Source: a virus
Taxonomy: Duplodnaviria; Caudoviricetes
DNA length: 55,629 nucleotides
IMG/VR virus record: IMGVR_UViG_3300037247_000947
Span: 1 to 55,629 of that record
Reading direction: 5' to 3' (one strand)
Part shown: positions 45,137 to 53,893 of the stretch, in pieces
How positions within the stretch are numbered: position 1 is the first letter of the stretch
How the letters are laid out: each line of letters begins with the position of its first letter
Made by a program: the position numbers and the translations under genes
The notes under the pieces: model-generated
What the model was told of the DNA's origin: nothing
The model's input: the letters and a program-made list of their open reading frames with translations, nothing else
Database searches by the model: none

Positions 45137-45383
45137 CATCGTTATCCTCCTCGCCATGATAATCATCGGTGGCTATGACCTGTTTCTCTGGCGAGAAGAC
45201 AGACCAACATTATCCGAGCAGTACCAGAAACTTTTCCCCACCTTGGTTGACCTGATTATCTTTCTGGTTATCTTTGTCGCACTATGTTACCTTAGCTTCG
45301 TCGCCGTTCCGGTCAGAATTGGTATCGCTGGAATTTGTGGCCATATCTGTCTGCCAAATCGAGAGCGTTATGGAGAAAAGTAA
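45123..45383 (+). CDS. Small multi-TM membrane protein (holin-like)
   Basis: 2-3 TM segments; GAAAGGA RBS. Confidence 0.6.
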   Translation: MNALDIVILLAMIIIGGYDLFLWREDRPTLSEQYQKLFPTLVDLIIFLVIFVALCYLSFVAVPVRIGIAGICGHICLPNRERYGEK

Positions 45384-45410
45384 AAATTTCTATTGCAACC
45401 TCCTCCTCCT

Positions 45411-45444
45411 AAAACCCCATTCCAAGACGTGAGTGGGGTTTTTT
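45411..45444 (+). terminator. Intrinsic terminator
   Basis: AAAACCCCATTC...GAGTGGGGTTTTTT. Confidence 0.75.
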
Positions 45445-45486
45445 ACTATAAGTCCTAATTAACTAAATGTCCAAACGAGAATGTGT

Positions 45487-45514
45487 TTGACATCAGCCAA
45501 AGATATGTTAGTTT
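45487..45514 (+). promoter_or_regulatory. Promoter of replication block
   Basis: TTGACA-16 nt-TAGTTT with TG extension. Confidence 0.6.
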
Positions 45515-45544
45515 GTTATTTGGTTAAACAGAAAGGAACCAAGG

Positions 45545-45718
45545 ATGAACATCCAAACTTGTCACCACGACCTCTGTGTTGTCGTCTATGATTTCTACAT
45601 CAATCCAAAGGGATGTCCTGTCTGCCAGGTAGAGAGGAACATGAAAGAGCTTGAAGTAATTCTCGATAAGATAGAAGAAGCAAAACCAAAAACAGAAAAG
45701 GAGAAACAAGATGCCTAA
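45545..45718 (+). CDS. 57-aa Cys/His protein (not in ORF track)
   Basis: MNIQTCHHDLC...GCPVCQ; GAAAGGA RBS. Confidence 0.55.
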   Translation: MNIQTCHHDLCVVVYDFYINPKGCPVCQVERNMKELEVILDKIEEAKPKTEKEKQDA

Positions 45719-45989
45719 GACAATCACAGTAAGCGATGAGACGTATGAGAAAATCAGAGAGCAAATTGAGAAGGAAGAAAAGGGGAAGAAGCATTATCCT
45801 CTAGTAACAGGAACAGAAGACGAACATAGGATAATACTAAATCTTCCTGATAGGTTTCTCGCCAAACAGTACCAAGGCAAAGTAATTGTATTAGACCGTT
45901 CTGGTGATTATTGTAATGAACGCCAAAAACCAGCCGAATTTGGTAGCCTTTACAGAGATGAAGTCCAAATATTCCCAGTACCAGACTAA
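45711..45989 (+). CDS. Protein with RHH/VapB-antitoxin-like N-terminus
   Basis: MPKTITVSDETYEKI. Confidence 0.5.
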   Translation: MPKTITVSDETYEKIREQIEKEEKGKKHYPLVTGTEDEHRIILNLPDRFLAKQYQGKVIVLDRSGDYCNERQKPAEFGSLYRDEVQIFPVPD

Positions 45990-45995
45990 ACAATC

Positions 45996-46147
45996 GCTAG
46001 TAGAGTCTTAGCCACAAATGGGCTTCGAGAGGTTATTGCCCGATGATGCGAGAAAGAAGAAGTAGTTGTAGGAAAATCGAACAGTACGATTGGAACATGA
46101 GATGATTTAACCCAAGTGGCTTGATAAGACCAACCTCGTCTACTGGC
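45996..46147 (+). ncRNA. Structured intergenic RNA (~152 nt)
   Basis: Nested helices GCTAGTAGA/TCTACTGGC, GTCTTA/TAAGAC, GCCAC/GTGGC, then TTTT. Confidence 0.55.
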
Positions 46148-46173
46148 TTTTAATTACAGAAAGGAGTTTAGGA

Positions 46174-46833
46174 GTGACCAACAGGAAGGAAAAGCTTGTT
46201 CTTCTAAAGACAATGCTTGACCTTGAAACAGGCAAGGTTGACACCGACGCTTTCGAGTGGGAAAACCAACTTTACGAAAAGTCCGTCCAGATGAAAGCCC
46301 TCAATGCTCGTATCCGATCCTGTACCTCATGCCCTGGTCTAAACATCAAACGCTTCACCGAAGGCTGTCCAGGATGGGGAGACTTGAACGCAAAGGTATT
46401 CTTCATTGGTCAGTCCCTCCACTCGCCAGGAGTATCATCAGACCTTCCTTTTATCCTCGGCTGTGGTTATATCCTCGATGCTGCCTTACGATTGAGTGGC
46501 CTGCTGCGAAAGGATGTCTTCTTATCAAATTGCTGTCATTGCCATCCTCCGAAGAACCGAGCTACAACTGATGAAGAAAAGAAAAACTGTCTACAATACG
46601 TACTCAAGGAAATCTGTATTGTTCGGCCTCAATTGATTGTTGCTCTGGGCAATGATGCAAAGGCAGTGATGGAGTACTTTGAATCCAGGACAAGTTACTC
46701 GAAGAAAGAGAAGCAGTATAAACCAAAGATATTGAAAGTGAAACATCCGGCCTCATTTATGTATTCCAGTCCAGAGGAGCGAGTCAGTTGGATTGTCAAA
46801 TTGTCGAAAGAAATTGACAGGGTTTACAAATGA
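46174..46833 (+). CDS. Uracil-DNA glycosylase, family 4 (Fe-S)
   Basis: CxxC, GxGDxNAKVFFIGQS, CHPPKNR, VALG, HPA. Confidence 0.85.
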   Translation: MTNRKEKLVLLKTMLDLETGKVDTDAFEWENQLYEKSVQMKALNARIRSCTSCPGLNIKRFTEGCPGWGDLNAKVFFIGQSLHSPGVSSDLPFILGCGYILDAALRLSGLLRKDVFLSNCCHCHPPKNRATTDEEKKNCLQYVLKEICIVRPQLIVALGNDAKAVMEYFESRTSYSKKEKQYKPKILKVKHPASFMYSSPEERVSWIVKLSKEIDRVYK

Positions 46834-47381
46834 TAAGTAAGAATGCCTACATAGTAACCTACACCGGCAAGAAGGTCTATCCTCTCAACCCAGACCCAGA
46901 GACAATCTGTATAGAGGATATTGCCCACTCCCTTGCGCAGAAGTGTCGCTTCTCCGGCCATACAAAAGTCTTCTACTCTGTTGCCCAACACTCTATCATT
47001 GTTGCAAATCTCTGTAGCCTTCCACTATGGGGACTTCTCCATGACGCTGCTGAAGCCTATCTACCTGATGTTGCTGCAACTATTAAGCCATATCTACCAA
47101 CACTCAAATATGCTGAGGATATATGCTTTGAGGCAATCAAAAAGAGATTCAATTTACCTGACTTGAGTGAGGATGAGGAGAGGGAAATAAAGACAATTGA
47201 CCGCGCTATTGCCTGTACCGAATGGGATATATTGATTAACAATCCCAATGAATACTCTATTGTAATAGATATGCCTGATGTACCACAGCTTCACTGGAAG
47301 CCTACTGGCTTCTTTGGCTATATTGAGGCTGAAAGAGTTTTTCTCAAAACGTTTGAGCAACTCTGGGAGGACAAGAAATGA
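46830..47381 (+). CDS. HD-domain phosphohydrolase (YfbR/YfdR-like)
   Basis: EDIAHSL, RFSGH, YSVAQHS, LLHDAAEAY. Confidence 0.85.
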   Translation: MISKNAYIVTYTGKKVYPLNPDPETICIEDIAHSLAQKCRFSGHTKVFYSVAQHSIIVANLCSLPLWGLLHDAAEAYLPDVAATIKPYLPTLKYAEDICFEAIKKRFNLPDLSEDEEREIKTIDRAIACTEWDILINNPNEYSIVIDMPDVPQLHWKPTGFFGYIEAERVFLKTFEQLWEDKK

Positions 47382-48046
47382 GTCAAGCTGAAATTAAAGA
47401 AGCGATAGGGTTATTGGAAAAAGTTGTTAGAAAATATATGTGTCCTGTGTGTGGTAAATATTCCGGCGAATCTAACTCCTCATCAGAACATTGGTCTGAT
47501 TGTTATGTAGACAAAGCCCTCGCCCTGCTCCGAGGCAAAGAGCCATGCAAGACTTGTGGTGGAAGTGGTAAAGTGCAAAAAGAATGTGAAGCATGTGCAT
47601 TGGATATGCCACATCTTGCAAGCGAATGCGGTGGCAGTAAACCTTGCCCTGACTGCCAAGAGCCAAAGCGCCCAAAGAACCCCGACCGCTTTCTTCTCGT
47701 CGATGGGGCTGAAGAGCCAGAGGCAAGTGGTTTTACGAAAGAATGTCGAACATATATCAAAGGCTCTCCTATCATGTCAAATAATCCGTGTAAGGGATAT
47801 GCAATAAGGTTATCTAAAACCTGCGACATCATCGACAGCCAAGCCGGAGAGCTGAAGAAAAAGGACGAATTGTTATTTGCTTACGAGTCAGTTCGTGCTC
47901 CGAAGTCGAAAGATAATAAACAACTAAGACAGGACTTAATCGACTTTGGCAGACATAGCAGAAGTTGTAACTATCCATATAATCCCAATTACGGTTGCAA
48001 ATGTGGCTGGCTCGAAGTCGAGAAGACCCTCAAGGAGACATCGTGA
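47378..48046 (+). CDS. Cys-rich mosaic hypothetical protein
   Basis: CPVC, CKTCGGSG, CPDC, H...C.CG. Confidence 0.55.
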   Translation: MSQAEIKEAIGLLEKVVRKYMCPVCGKYSGESNSSSEHWSDCYVDKALALLRGKEPCKTCGGSGKVQKECEACALDMPHLASECGGSKPCPDCQEPKRPKNPDRFLLVDGAEEPEASGFTKECRTYIKGSPIMSNNPCKGYAIRLSKTCDIIDSQAGELKKKDELLFAYESVRAPKSKDNKQLRQDLIDFGRHSRSCNYPYNPNYGCKCGWLEVEKTLKETS

Positions 48047-48717
48047 CAATCCTCGAACAATATCGCCGTACTCTAAAGTTCACAACCTTGACTCCTATGG
48101 CCCGTAAAGTCCTGTCCTTGTGGGACGGCAAAACTACTATTGCCTTCGATACCGAGACTACAGGGGTTGTATTTCACCAACCTTCCTATTTGCACCTACA
48201 TACTACAAATGATGACATCGAGGTTAACAATCCTGTCATTTTTGGCATATCTCTTGCAATACCATATAGGAGTAGAATCGCTTTATTCTGGGCAAGAAAT
48301 TCACAACTAGATTTGCACTGTGCAGTTAGTAGTCTGCTCGAAAAAAAAGGCCCAAAGGTAGCCCACAATGCTCGTTACGACCTCCGCGTCTGTAAGGAGA
48401 ATGGCATCATCGTAGCTCCCGAAGTCGAATGTACTATGACGATGGCGAGAATCTTCTGGGACAGGAGGAAGAAACATGGACTGGAAGCCATCACCGAGTT
48501 CCTCTGTCCTGAACTTTGTGATTTGAAGGACGCCACCAAGAAGGAACTGACGAGGTTGAAAGGTAAATATACCAGAGATGGATTTGAAAAAGACTATGTC
48601 AACTTCTCCTTTCTGCCGGACGAGATGATGGCTGAGAGGTCAATGTTGGACAGTTTTATGTGTTTGATGATTTATCGTACTTTACAGGAGAGAGCACAAT
48701 GGAATTCGAGTGCATAA
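48043..48717 (+). CDS. 3'-5' exonuclease domain of DNA polymerase A (separate gene)
   Basis: FDTETTG (ExoI), HNARYDL (ExoII), HGLE. Confidence 0.85.
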   Translation: MTILEQYRRTLKFTTLTPMARKVLSLWDGKTTIAFDTETTGVVFHQPSYLHLHTTNDDIEVNNPVIFGISLAIPYRSRIALFWARNSQLDLHCAVSSLLEKKGPKVAHNARYDLRVCKENGIIVAPEVECTMTMARIFWDRRKKHGLEAITEFLCPELCDLKDATKKELTRLKGKYTRDGFEKDYVNFSFLPDEMMAERSMLDSFMCLMIYRTLQERAQWNSSA

Positions 48718-48878
48718 AATGTAGAGAGCTGTTTCGACCTCATCCGTTTATTGGAATGAGGCATCCAAGTAACGCAAAATGTCCCAAGTGCGGAGCAAAA
48801 GGTAAGCTAACTAAAAAAGGTAGAAAGGCACGCAAGAGCCGATTTGGCGCAATGAACCAAAGACGGAGGAAATCTTGA
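48699..48878 (+). CDS. FmdB-like zinc-ribbon protein
   Basis: FECIKC...F...CPKCG. Confidence 0.6.
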   Translation: MEFECIKCRELFRPHPFIGMRHPSNAKCPKCGAKGKLTKKGRKARKSRFGAMNQRRRKS

Positions 48879-50140
48879 AACCAGACTTCAGACAACTCTA
48901 TGCTCGTGAAAAGGCCGTCTTTCACATCATCTCCAAGGTGGAAGAGCGAGGTCTGGCATTCGACTCAAAAAAGGCACGTCGTGAGGCTGGCAAGTTGCAG
49001 AAGAAAATTCAAACGGAAATGAAGAAAATACAGCAAGTTGCCGGTCTCGATTTTAACCCCAACTCTCCGGCACAAGTCCTTAAGGCTCTTAGGCAACTGG
49101 GACTGACAGACAAACAACTTACCCTCAAAGGCAAGGTAACAACCGGTGCTGACGTTCTCCACCGTGTTCAGGCTGAGGGATGTAAGAAACGAGTTGACAA
49201 CTTCATCTCCTCACTTCTGCTCAATCGTGCTTATATCAAAACGTGCAATACCTATCTTCTTCCTCTGGCCAAGAGAGCTGAGATGAATGATGGTATTGTC
49301 TACACCAAGATAAATCCAACCGACACCAGAACTGGTCGTATGGCTTCCCGCGAACCTAACCTTCAGAACATTCCCACTCTCACTCCTCGTCGTGGTCGCA
49401 CCGCAGGAGGTGAAAACCCTGTCCGTAGTTGCTTTATCTGTCGCAAAGGATTTGCCAACTACTACTTTGATTATAGCCAGATGGAGATAGTTCTCTACGG
49501 CCTTTACGCTGGAGAGCCTCTCATTACTGATACTTATAAAGCTGGTGGAGACATACATGGTGTCATGTGTGAAAGACTATACAGTAAGGACTATACTGTA
49601 ATAGAAAGAGACCGAACCAAGGACACCAACTATGGAATCATCTATGGGATGGGCGTTAATGGAATGGCTCAATATCGTGGAGTATCAAAAGAAGAGGCAC
49701 GAGAATTTCTCAAATTCTACCATCAATCGTTTCCCTCCATCACAGAGTTCTTAGAAGTGTTAAAGTATGAACTAAAGACGAAGGGCTATGTCGAGGATTG
49801 GTTCGGACGACATTATTCGATTCCTTATGGTAATGCTTACTTGGCTATCAGTGCTCTCATCCAAGGTGCTTGTGCCCAAATTTTCAAAATTGCTCTCATT
49901 GCTATTGATGAATATTTAGATAAAGGATATGAACACATCCTTCTTCCCGTACATGACGAGTTTCAAATAGAAGTTAAAAAAGCTAACTATTGGAGAAAGA
50001 GAGAAGAACGATATTTTATGACTTCGATAATAGACAGAATGGTAAATATTACAGAACTTATAGATAGAGATTTGATATTACGCGTGGACGTATCCAAGTC
50101 GACGACGAATTGGGCTGAGAAACAGAAATTGGAGATTTGA
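48875..50140 (+). CDS. polA: DNA polymerase A, polymerase domain
   Basis: TRTGRMASREPNLQNIP, DYSQME, RTKDTNYGIIYG, VHDE. Confidence 0.93.
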   Translation: MKPDFRQLYAREKAVFHIISKVEERGLAFDSKKARREAGKLQKKIQTEMKKIQQVAGLDFNPNSPAQVLKALRQLGLTDKQLTLKGKVTTGADVLHRVQAEGCKKRVDNFISSLLLNRAYIKTCNTYLLPLAKRAEMNDGIVYTKINPTDTRTGRMASREPNLQNIPTLTPRRGRTAGGENPVRSCFICRKGFANYYFDYSQMEIVLYGLYAGEPLITDTYKAGGDIHGVMCERLYSKDYTVIERDRTKDTNYGIIYGMGVNGMAQYRGVSKEEAREFLKFYHQSFPSITEFLEVLKYELKTKGYVEDWFGRHYSIPYGNAYLAISALIQGACAQIFKIALIAIDEYLDKGYEHILLPVHDEFQIEVKKANYWRKREERYFMTSIIDRMVNITELIDRDLILRVDVSKSTTNWAEKQKLEI

Positions 50141-50141
50141 A

Positions 50142-50405
50142 ATGCCACACATGGGACTACCAATTTGTTATCACACTGAGGAAATCCACAAGAGGGTATT
50201 GCCAGATTACCCAGAAGGATTTCGTGTTGAGAAATCTCGATGTCCTGACCAGTTTTGGCTTATAAAAACTAAGTCTAAGCCTTGGACTCCTCCTAAGAGA
50301 TTGATTGAATGTAAATATTGTGGTAAACAAAGGTGGACGTCAACACAACGGATTTATGGGATATTGAAACCTAAACCGAAAGCAAGAAAAGGAGAAACAA
50401 AATGA
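50142..50405 (+). CDS. Hypothetical protein
   Basis: CYH...CKYCG. Confidence 0.5.
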   Translation: MPHMGLPICYHTEEIHKRVLPDYPEGFRVEKSRCPDQFWLIKTKSKPWTPPKRLIECKYCGKQRWTSTQRIYGILKPKPKARKGETK

Positions 50406-50986
50406 CAAAAGTACAGACACAAATTATTCCAGCAAATGAAGTACAAACAATCAAAGGGAAGAGTTCGGTCATTATTGCAAGAGCTGAGGCTCTCGTAGTA
50501 GACTCAGCAGAAGATGAGAATAGGTCTTATGACATCTTGGGAAATATCAAGGATAGGCTCAAAGAAATTGAGGTTCGTCGTACTTCTATCACCAAGCCTC
50601 TCAATGAGTCCCTGAAGGAGACAAACAAGCTCTTCAAGACTCTTAGCAGTCCATTGAAGAAAGCTGATAGAATCATCCGAGGCAAGATTCTCGACTTTCA
50701 CAGGATACAGGAAGAGAAAGCAGCCAAGGAGCAAGAACGTCGTGAGAAGATTCAAGCCTCACACGAAGAGCGAGGCCATGAGACACACGAGCTTGCCGAA
50801 GTCGTGCCTGAAGTCTCACAAGAAACGGTGACGACTAAGCGATGGACATTCGAGCTGATTGCCTTCAAGAAAATTCCGATTGATTATCTTATGCTGGATG
50901 TCGTAGGAATTAGAGAGGCTATTCGCAACGGAGCAAGAGAGATAGCGGGTCTAAGGATATACCAAGAGGAAGGTCTCCGAGTATGA
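50402..50986 (+). CDS. Coiled-coil phage protein of recombination modules
   Basis: RTSITKPL ... IPxxY ... REIAGLRIYQE. Confidence 0.6.
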   Translation: MTKVQTQIIPANEVQTIKGKSSVIIARAEALVVDSAEDENRSYDILGNIKDRLKEIEVRRTSITKPLNESLKETNKLFKTLSSPLKKADRIIRGKILDFHRIQEEKAAKEQERREKIQASHEERGHETHELAEVVPEVSQETVTTKRWTFELIAFKKIPIDYLMLDVVGIREAIRNGAREIAGLRIYQEEGLRV

Positions 50987-51483
50987 GATACTTGAAACGA
51001 CCAAAACTCAATATGGACTTTGACATCCTCTATGACAAACAAGAGAAGCAACCATGGTTGTTCCTCAATGCAAAGTACGGGGCAATGGAAAGAGTACATC
51101 TAAAGACCGGCGATTACACGATAAAAGGATTTGAGGATGTAATCGCCATCGAGAAGAAGTCCGGCATCATGGAGCTGTTGAATGACCTGTCTGGCAACTA
51201 CCGCCCTACGTTCCAACGCTTCCTCATGCAACTGTCGAAGTATCCCGTCAAAGCAATTGTAGTCGAATCTCCATTGCGAGTCGGAGAAGTAAGTAAGGCA
51301 ATTGCAACGAGAAAGAGAAAGAGCAATGGCAAAGCTCAACTTACTGCTGAGACAATCTGGTACTGGACTGCTGAGATTACAATGAAGTATCGCATTCCAC
51401 TATTGTTCGTTGACAGCAGTTGTCTCGTCAATGTCGTTTGTCAATTATTCGAGAGTGCTTATAGAAATGCACAGGAGATATGA
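50983..51483 (+). CDS. ERCC4 (XPF/Mus81-like) nuclease, probable resolvase
   Basis: DKQEKQPW, LKTGDY, IEKKS. Confidence 0.85.
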   Translation: MRYLKRPKLNMDFDILYDKQEKQPWLFLNAKYGAMERVHLKTGDYTIKGFEDVIAIEKKSGIMELLNDLSGNYRPTFQRFLMQLSKYPVKAIVVESPLRVGEVSKAIATRKRKSNGKAQLTAETIWYWTAEITMKYRIPLLFVDSSCLVNVVCQLFESAYRNAQEI

Positions 51484-52523
51484 TGAAAAAAGTATCAAAA
51501 GAAGTAGAAACAGAAGTCGAAGAAATGTTAGACAGTGGTAGTACCGAGCGTGAGGTTGCCCTTGCCCTTGGTATTGGTCACTCTGTTGTCACTCGTGTCA
51601 GAAAGAAGATACGAGAACGACCAGAGATAAAATTAGAGGATTCTCCCAAACCCCAGTTTGACAGACCTCCCAAGAAGTCAGTTGACCCTCTTGCATTTCT
51701 TCAACAGGCGATAGAAAGAACAGACCGCCATCCTATTGACCCTGACTATTGTAAAATTAAGATAGATACCCAGAAGCCAATCGCAGTCATCAAGGCCGCT
51801 GACCTTCACTTCGGAGGTCTGGACATTGATTATCCGGCACTACAATCGCACGTAGAGTTTCTCTTCAATACTCCTAACTTCTACCTCCAACTCTTCGGTG
51901 ACGACCTAAATCTTATGATTATGCACCGAACAGCTTGTGCTCGTCACGACGGCTGGACACCGGAAGAGCAAGTCTATTGGCTTGAGAGTTTTGTCAATGA
52001 GTGTCTTAAACGAGGAAAACTCCTCTCGATGTGTTGGGGCAACCATACCGACGAGTTCACCGAAAGAAATGCTGGCTTTGGCCTCGTCCGAATGCTCATG
52101 CGGGACAAGATTCCTTACTTCCGAGGTCTCGGTTATATTGACTTGGTGGTTGGGAAACAAACTTACCCAATAGGCTTTACTCACAAGACCCGATTCCATT
52201 CCTTTATGAACCAACTACACGGCAACAAGAGACTTCAACAGATGCACACGGAGTTCTTCGGTGTCAATCGCAAACCCTGTCGAGAGTACATCACCGCCCA
52301 CACTCACTATCCTGCTGTCTCATGGGAAGGGTGTCTTCCCTCTGACAGAGTCTTCTTCATCAAGTGTGGAACATTCAAGACCAAGTGTCTTTATTCCCAG
52401 AGATACTTCGGTCAAGGACATATTGGTTGCCCAACTGTCGTCTATCATCCCGACCGACTTGAACATTTGTGCTTCCCTACCCCGTGGGAGGCTGCAATTT
52501 ATATGAAAGGCTGCGAAAAATGA
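51480..52523 (+). CDS. Calcineurin-like metallophosphoesterase with N-terminal HTH
   Basis: DLHFG, GDD, GNH, H, AHTH. Confidence 0.85.
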   Translation: MMKKVSKEVETEVEEMLDSGSTEREVALALGIGHSVVTRVRKKIRERPEIKLEDSPKPQFDRPPKKSVDPLAFLQQAIERTDRHPIDPDYCKIKIDTQKPIAVIKAADLHFGGLDIDYPALQSHVEFLFNTPNFYLQLFGDDLNLMIMHRTACARHDGWTPEEQVYWLESFVNECLKRGKLLSMCWGNHTDEFTERNAGFGLVRMLMRDKIPYFRGLGYIDLVVGKQTYPIGFTHKTRFHSFMNQLHGNKRLQQMHTEFFGVNRKPCREYITAHTHYPAVSWEGCLPSDRVFFIKCGTFKTKCLYSQRYFGQGHIGCPTVVYHPDRLEHLCFPTPWEAAIYMKGCEK

Positions 52524-53029
52524 AAAGACTTGATTTACATTGGTTAGCTGGCTATCTTGAAGGTGAAGGGTACTTCGGTTTCATGTGTACATCAAAAACT
52601 AATAAGGCTTCCGGTACTCCTCGAATTGAAGTAACTACAACAGACTATGATATAGCTAAAAAATGTAACAATCTTCTCAATGGAGGCAAAATTACAACAA
52701 GAGTAGCAACTGAAAGAAGAAAGAAGTGCTATTCTTGTCGTATTGCTGGAGATAAAGCAATCGTGCTGATGGACAAACTTGCACCTCTTATGGGTAAGAG
52801 ACGCCAAGAGGCAATTATATATGTTTTAGAAAAAGCAAAGAACAGGCCCAAAAGAGCCATTGGCTCAAAATGTTATAATGCTATCCTCAAAGAATCTGAC
52901 ATACCAGTAATTCGAGCTTTGAAAGCTATAGGAGCGTCTGTAAAAGATATTGCTTATCAAATTGGCGCTCCCACAACAACTATTAACCATGTTATCTCCG
53001 GAGATAGTTGGAGACACATAAATATATGA
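52520..53029 (+). CDS. LAGLIDADG-like homing endonuclease with C-terminal HTH
   Basis: WLAGYLEGEGYF; NAILKESDIPVIR...IA...TTINHV tail. Confidence 0.75.
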   Translation: MKRLDLHWLAGYLEGEGYFGFMCTSKTNKASGTPRIEVTTTDYDIAKKCNNLLNGGKITTRVATERRKKCYSCRIAGDKAIVLMDKLAPLMGKRRQEAIIYVLEKAKNRPKRAIGSKCYNAILKESDIPVIRALKAIGASVKDIAYQIGAPTTTINHVISGDSWRHINI

Positions 53030-53062
53030 ATGGTACTGATAAAGTTTGAAAGGAGAATCAAA

Positions 53063-53893
53063 ATGGAAGATGTAGCAATTCGAGAAGTAGAAGTCGCGGC
53101 AAAGAAGTCAACACTAGCGGCGGTACGATGTTCAATGAGGCATCACCTGTACAATGTACAAGTAACAGTTCTTGCTCAGGCATCAACTGGCCCGGCAAGA
53201 TGTGCCCTTTGTGCACGGTTTAATTCTGGCGATGGTAAATGCACAATAAAAGGCAAGACTTGTCCTCTTCATGGCGACAACGAGAAACATCGAGCTTGTT
53301 GCCGAGAATATTACGAGGCTTCGAATGCAAAGAACAATAGAAACTTGGAAGGATTCCGCACTGGAGCAGTAAAACTCATTGCTCGTCTTGCCAAGATTGA
53401 ATACGACCTGATGCACAAGGACGAAAAGAAGGAGGAGAAAGAGGAAGAGACTTACACCGGTGGCCAACTGTTCAGAGTTGGCAAGAGCAAATACCTCGAT
53501 GTTTTGGTATCTGTAGACTATAACAAAATTGCATTGGTTTCTCCTGAGGATGGAAATCATTGGGGGGCGTTCTTGGAAGTAAAGGATACCAAAATAATAA
53601 CAGAAAAAGATTTGAACAATCTTTGTGGCACTGGAAATTGGGAAGCTCTCCCAAGGACAGCCAAGCTGGTCGTGCAGTATGAGGAAAAGATAGAAGAAGA
53701 TTTGGACTACTTTGGTGTCAAACTTACAGAGGGAGATTGGTATGCTCAGACAGAAGATAGGGATAGCAGCAACAGAATAGCCATACATTTAGAGAGGCAT
53801 CGCTGGTTCTATCCAACATTAGAACAGGCCGAAGAAATCTGGAACAAGTTTGGACGACTGATAGCAACCGTGAAAAGGAGGCAAAATGCCTAG
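53063..53893 (+). CDS. Cys-rich paralogue (member 4) fused to extra domains
   Basis: CALCARF...C...CPL...CCREY. Confidence 0.6.
   Translation: MEDVAIREVEVAAKKSTLAAVRCSMRHHLYNVQVTVLAQASTGPARCALCARFNSGDGKCTIKGKTCPLHGDNEKHRACCREYYEASNAKNNRNLEGFRTGAVKLIARLAKIEYDLMHKDEKKEEKEEETYTGGQLFRVGKSKYLDVLVSVDYNKIALVSPEDGNHWGAFLEVKDTKIITEKDLNNLCGTGNWEALPRTAKLVVQYEEKIEEDLDYFGVKLTEGDWYAQTEDRDSSNRIAIHLERHRWFYPTLEQAEEIWNKFGRLIATVKRRQNA

Noticed and set aside
45711-45989. VapBC toxin-antitoxin pair
   Set aside because: Only an antitoxin-like DNA-binding N-terminus is present, with no neighbouring PIN toxin.
46830-50140. Z-genome (aminoadenine) pathway suggested by HD hydrolase next to PolA
   Set aside because: No PurZ/adenylosuccinate synthetase-like or MazZ gene seen; the HD protein fits the common YfbR/YfdR type.
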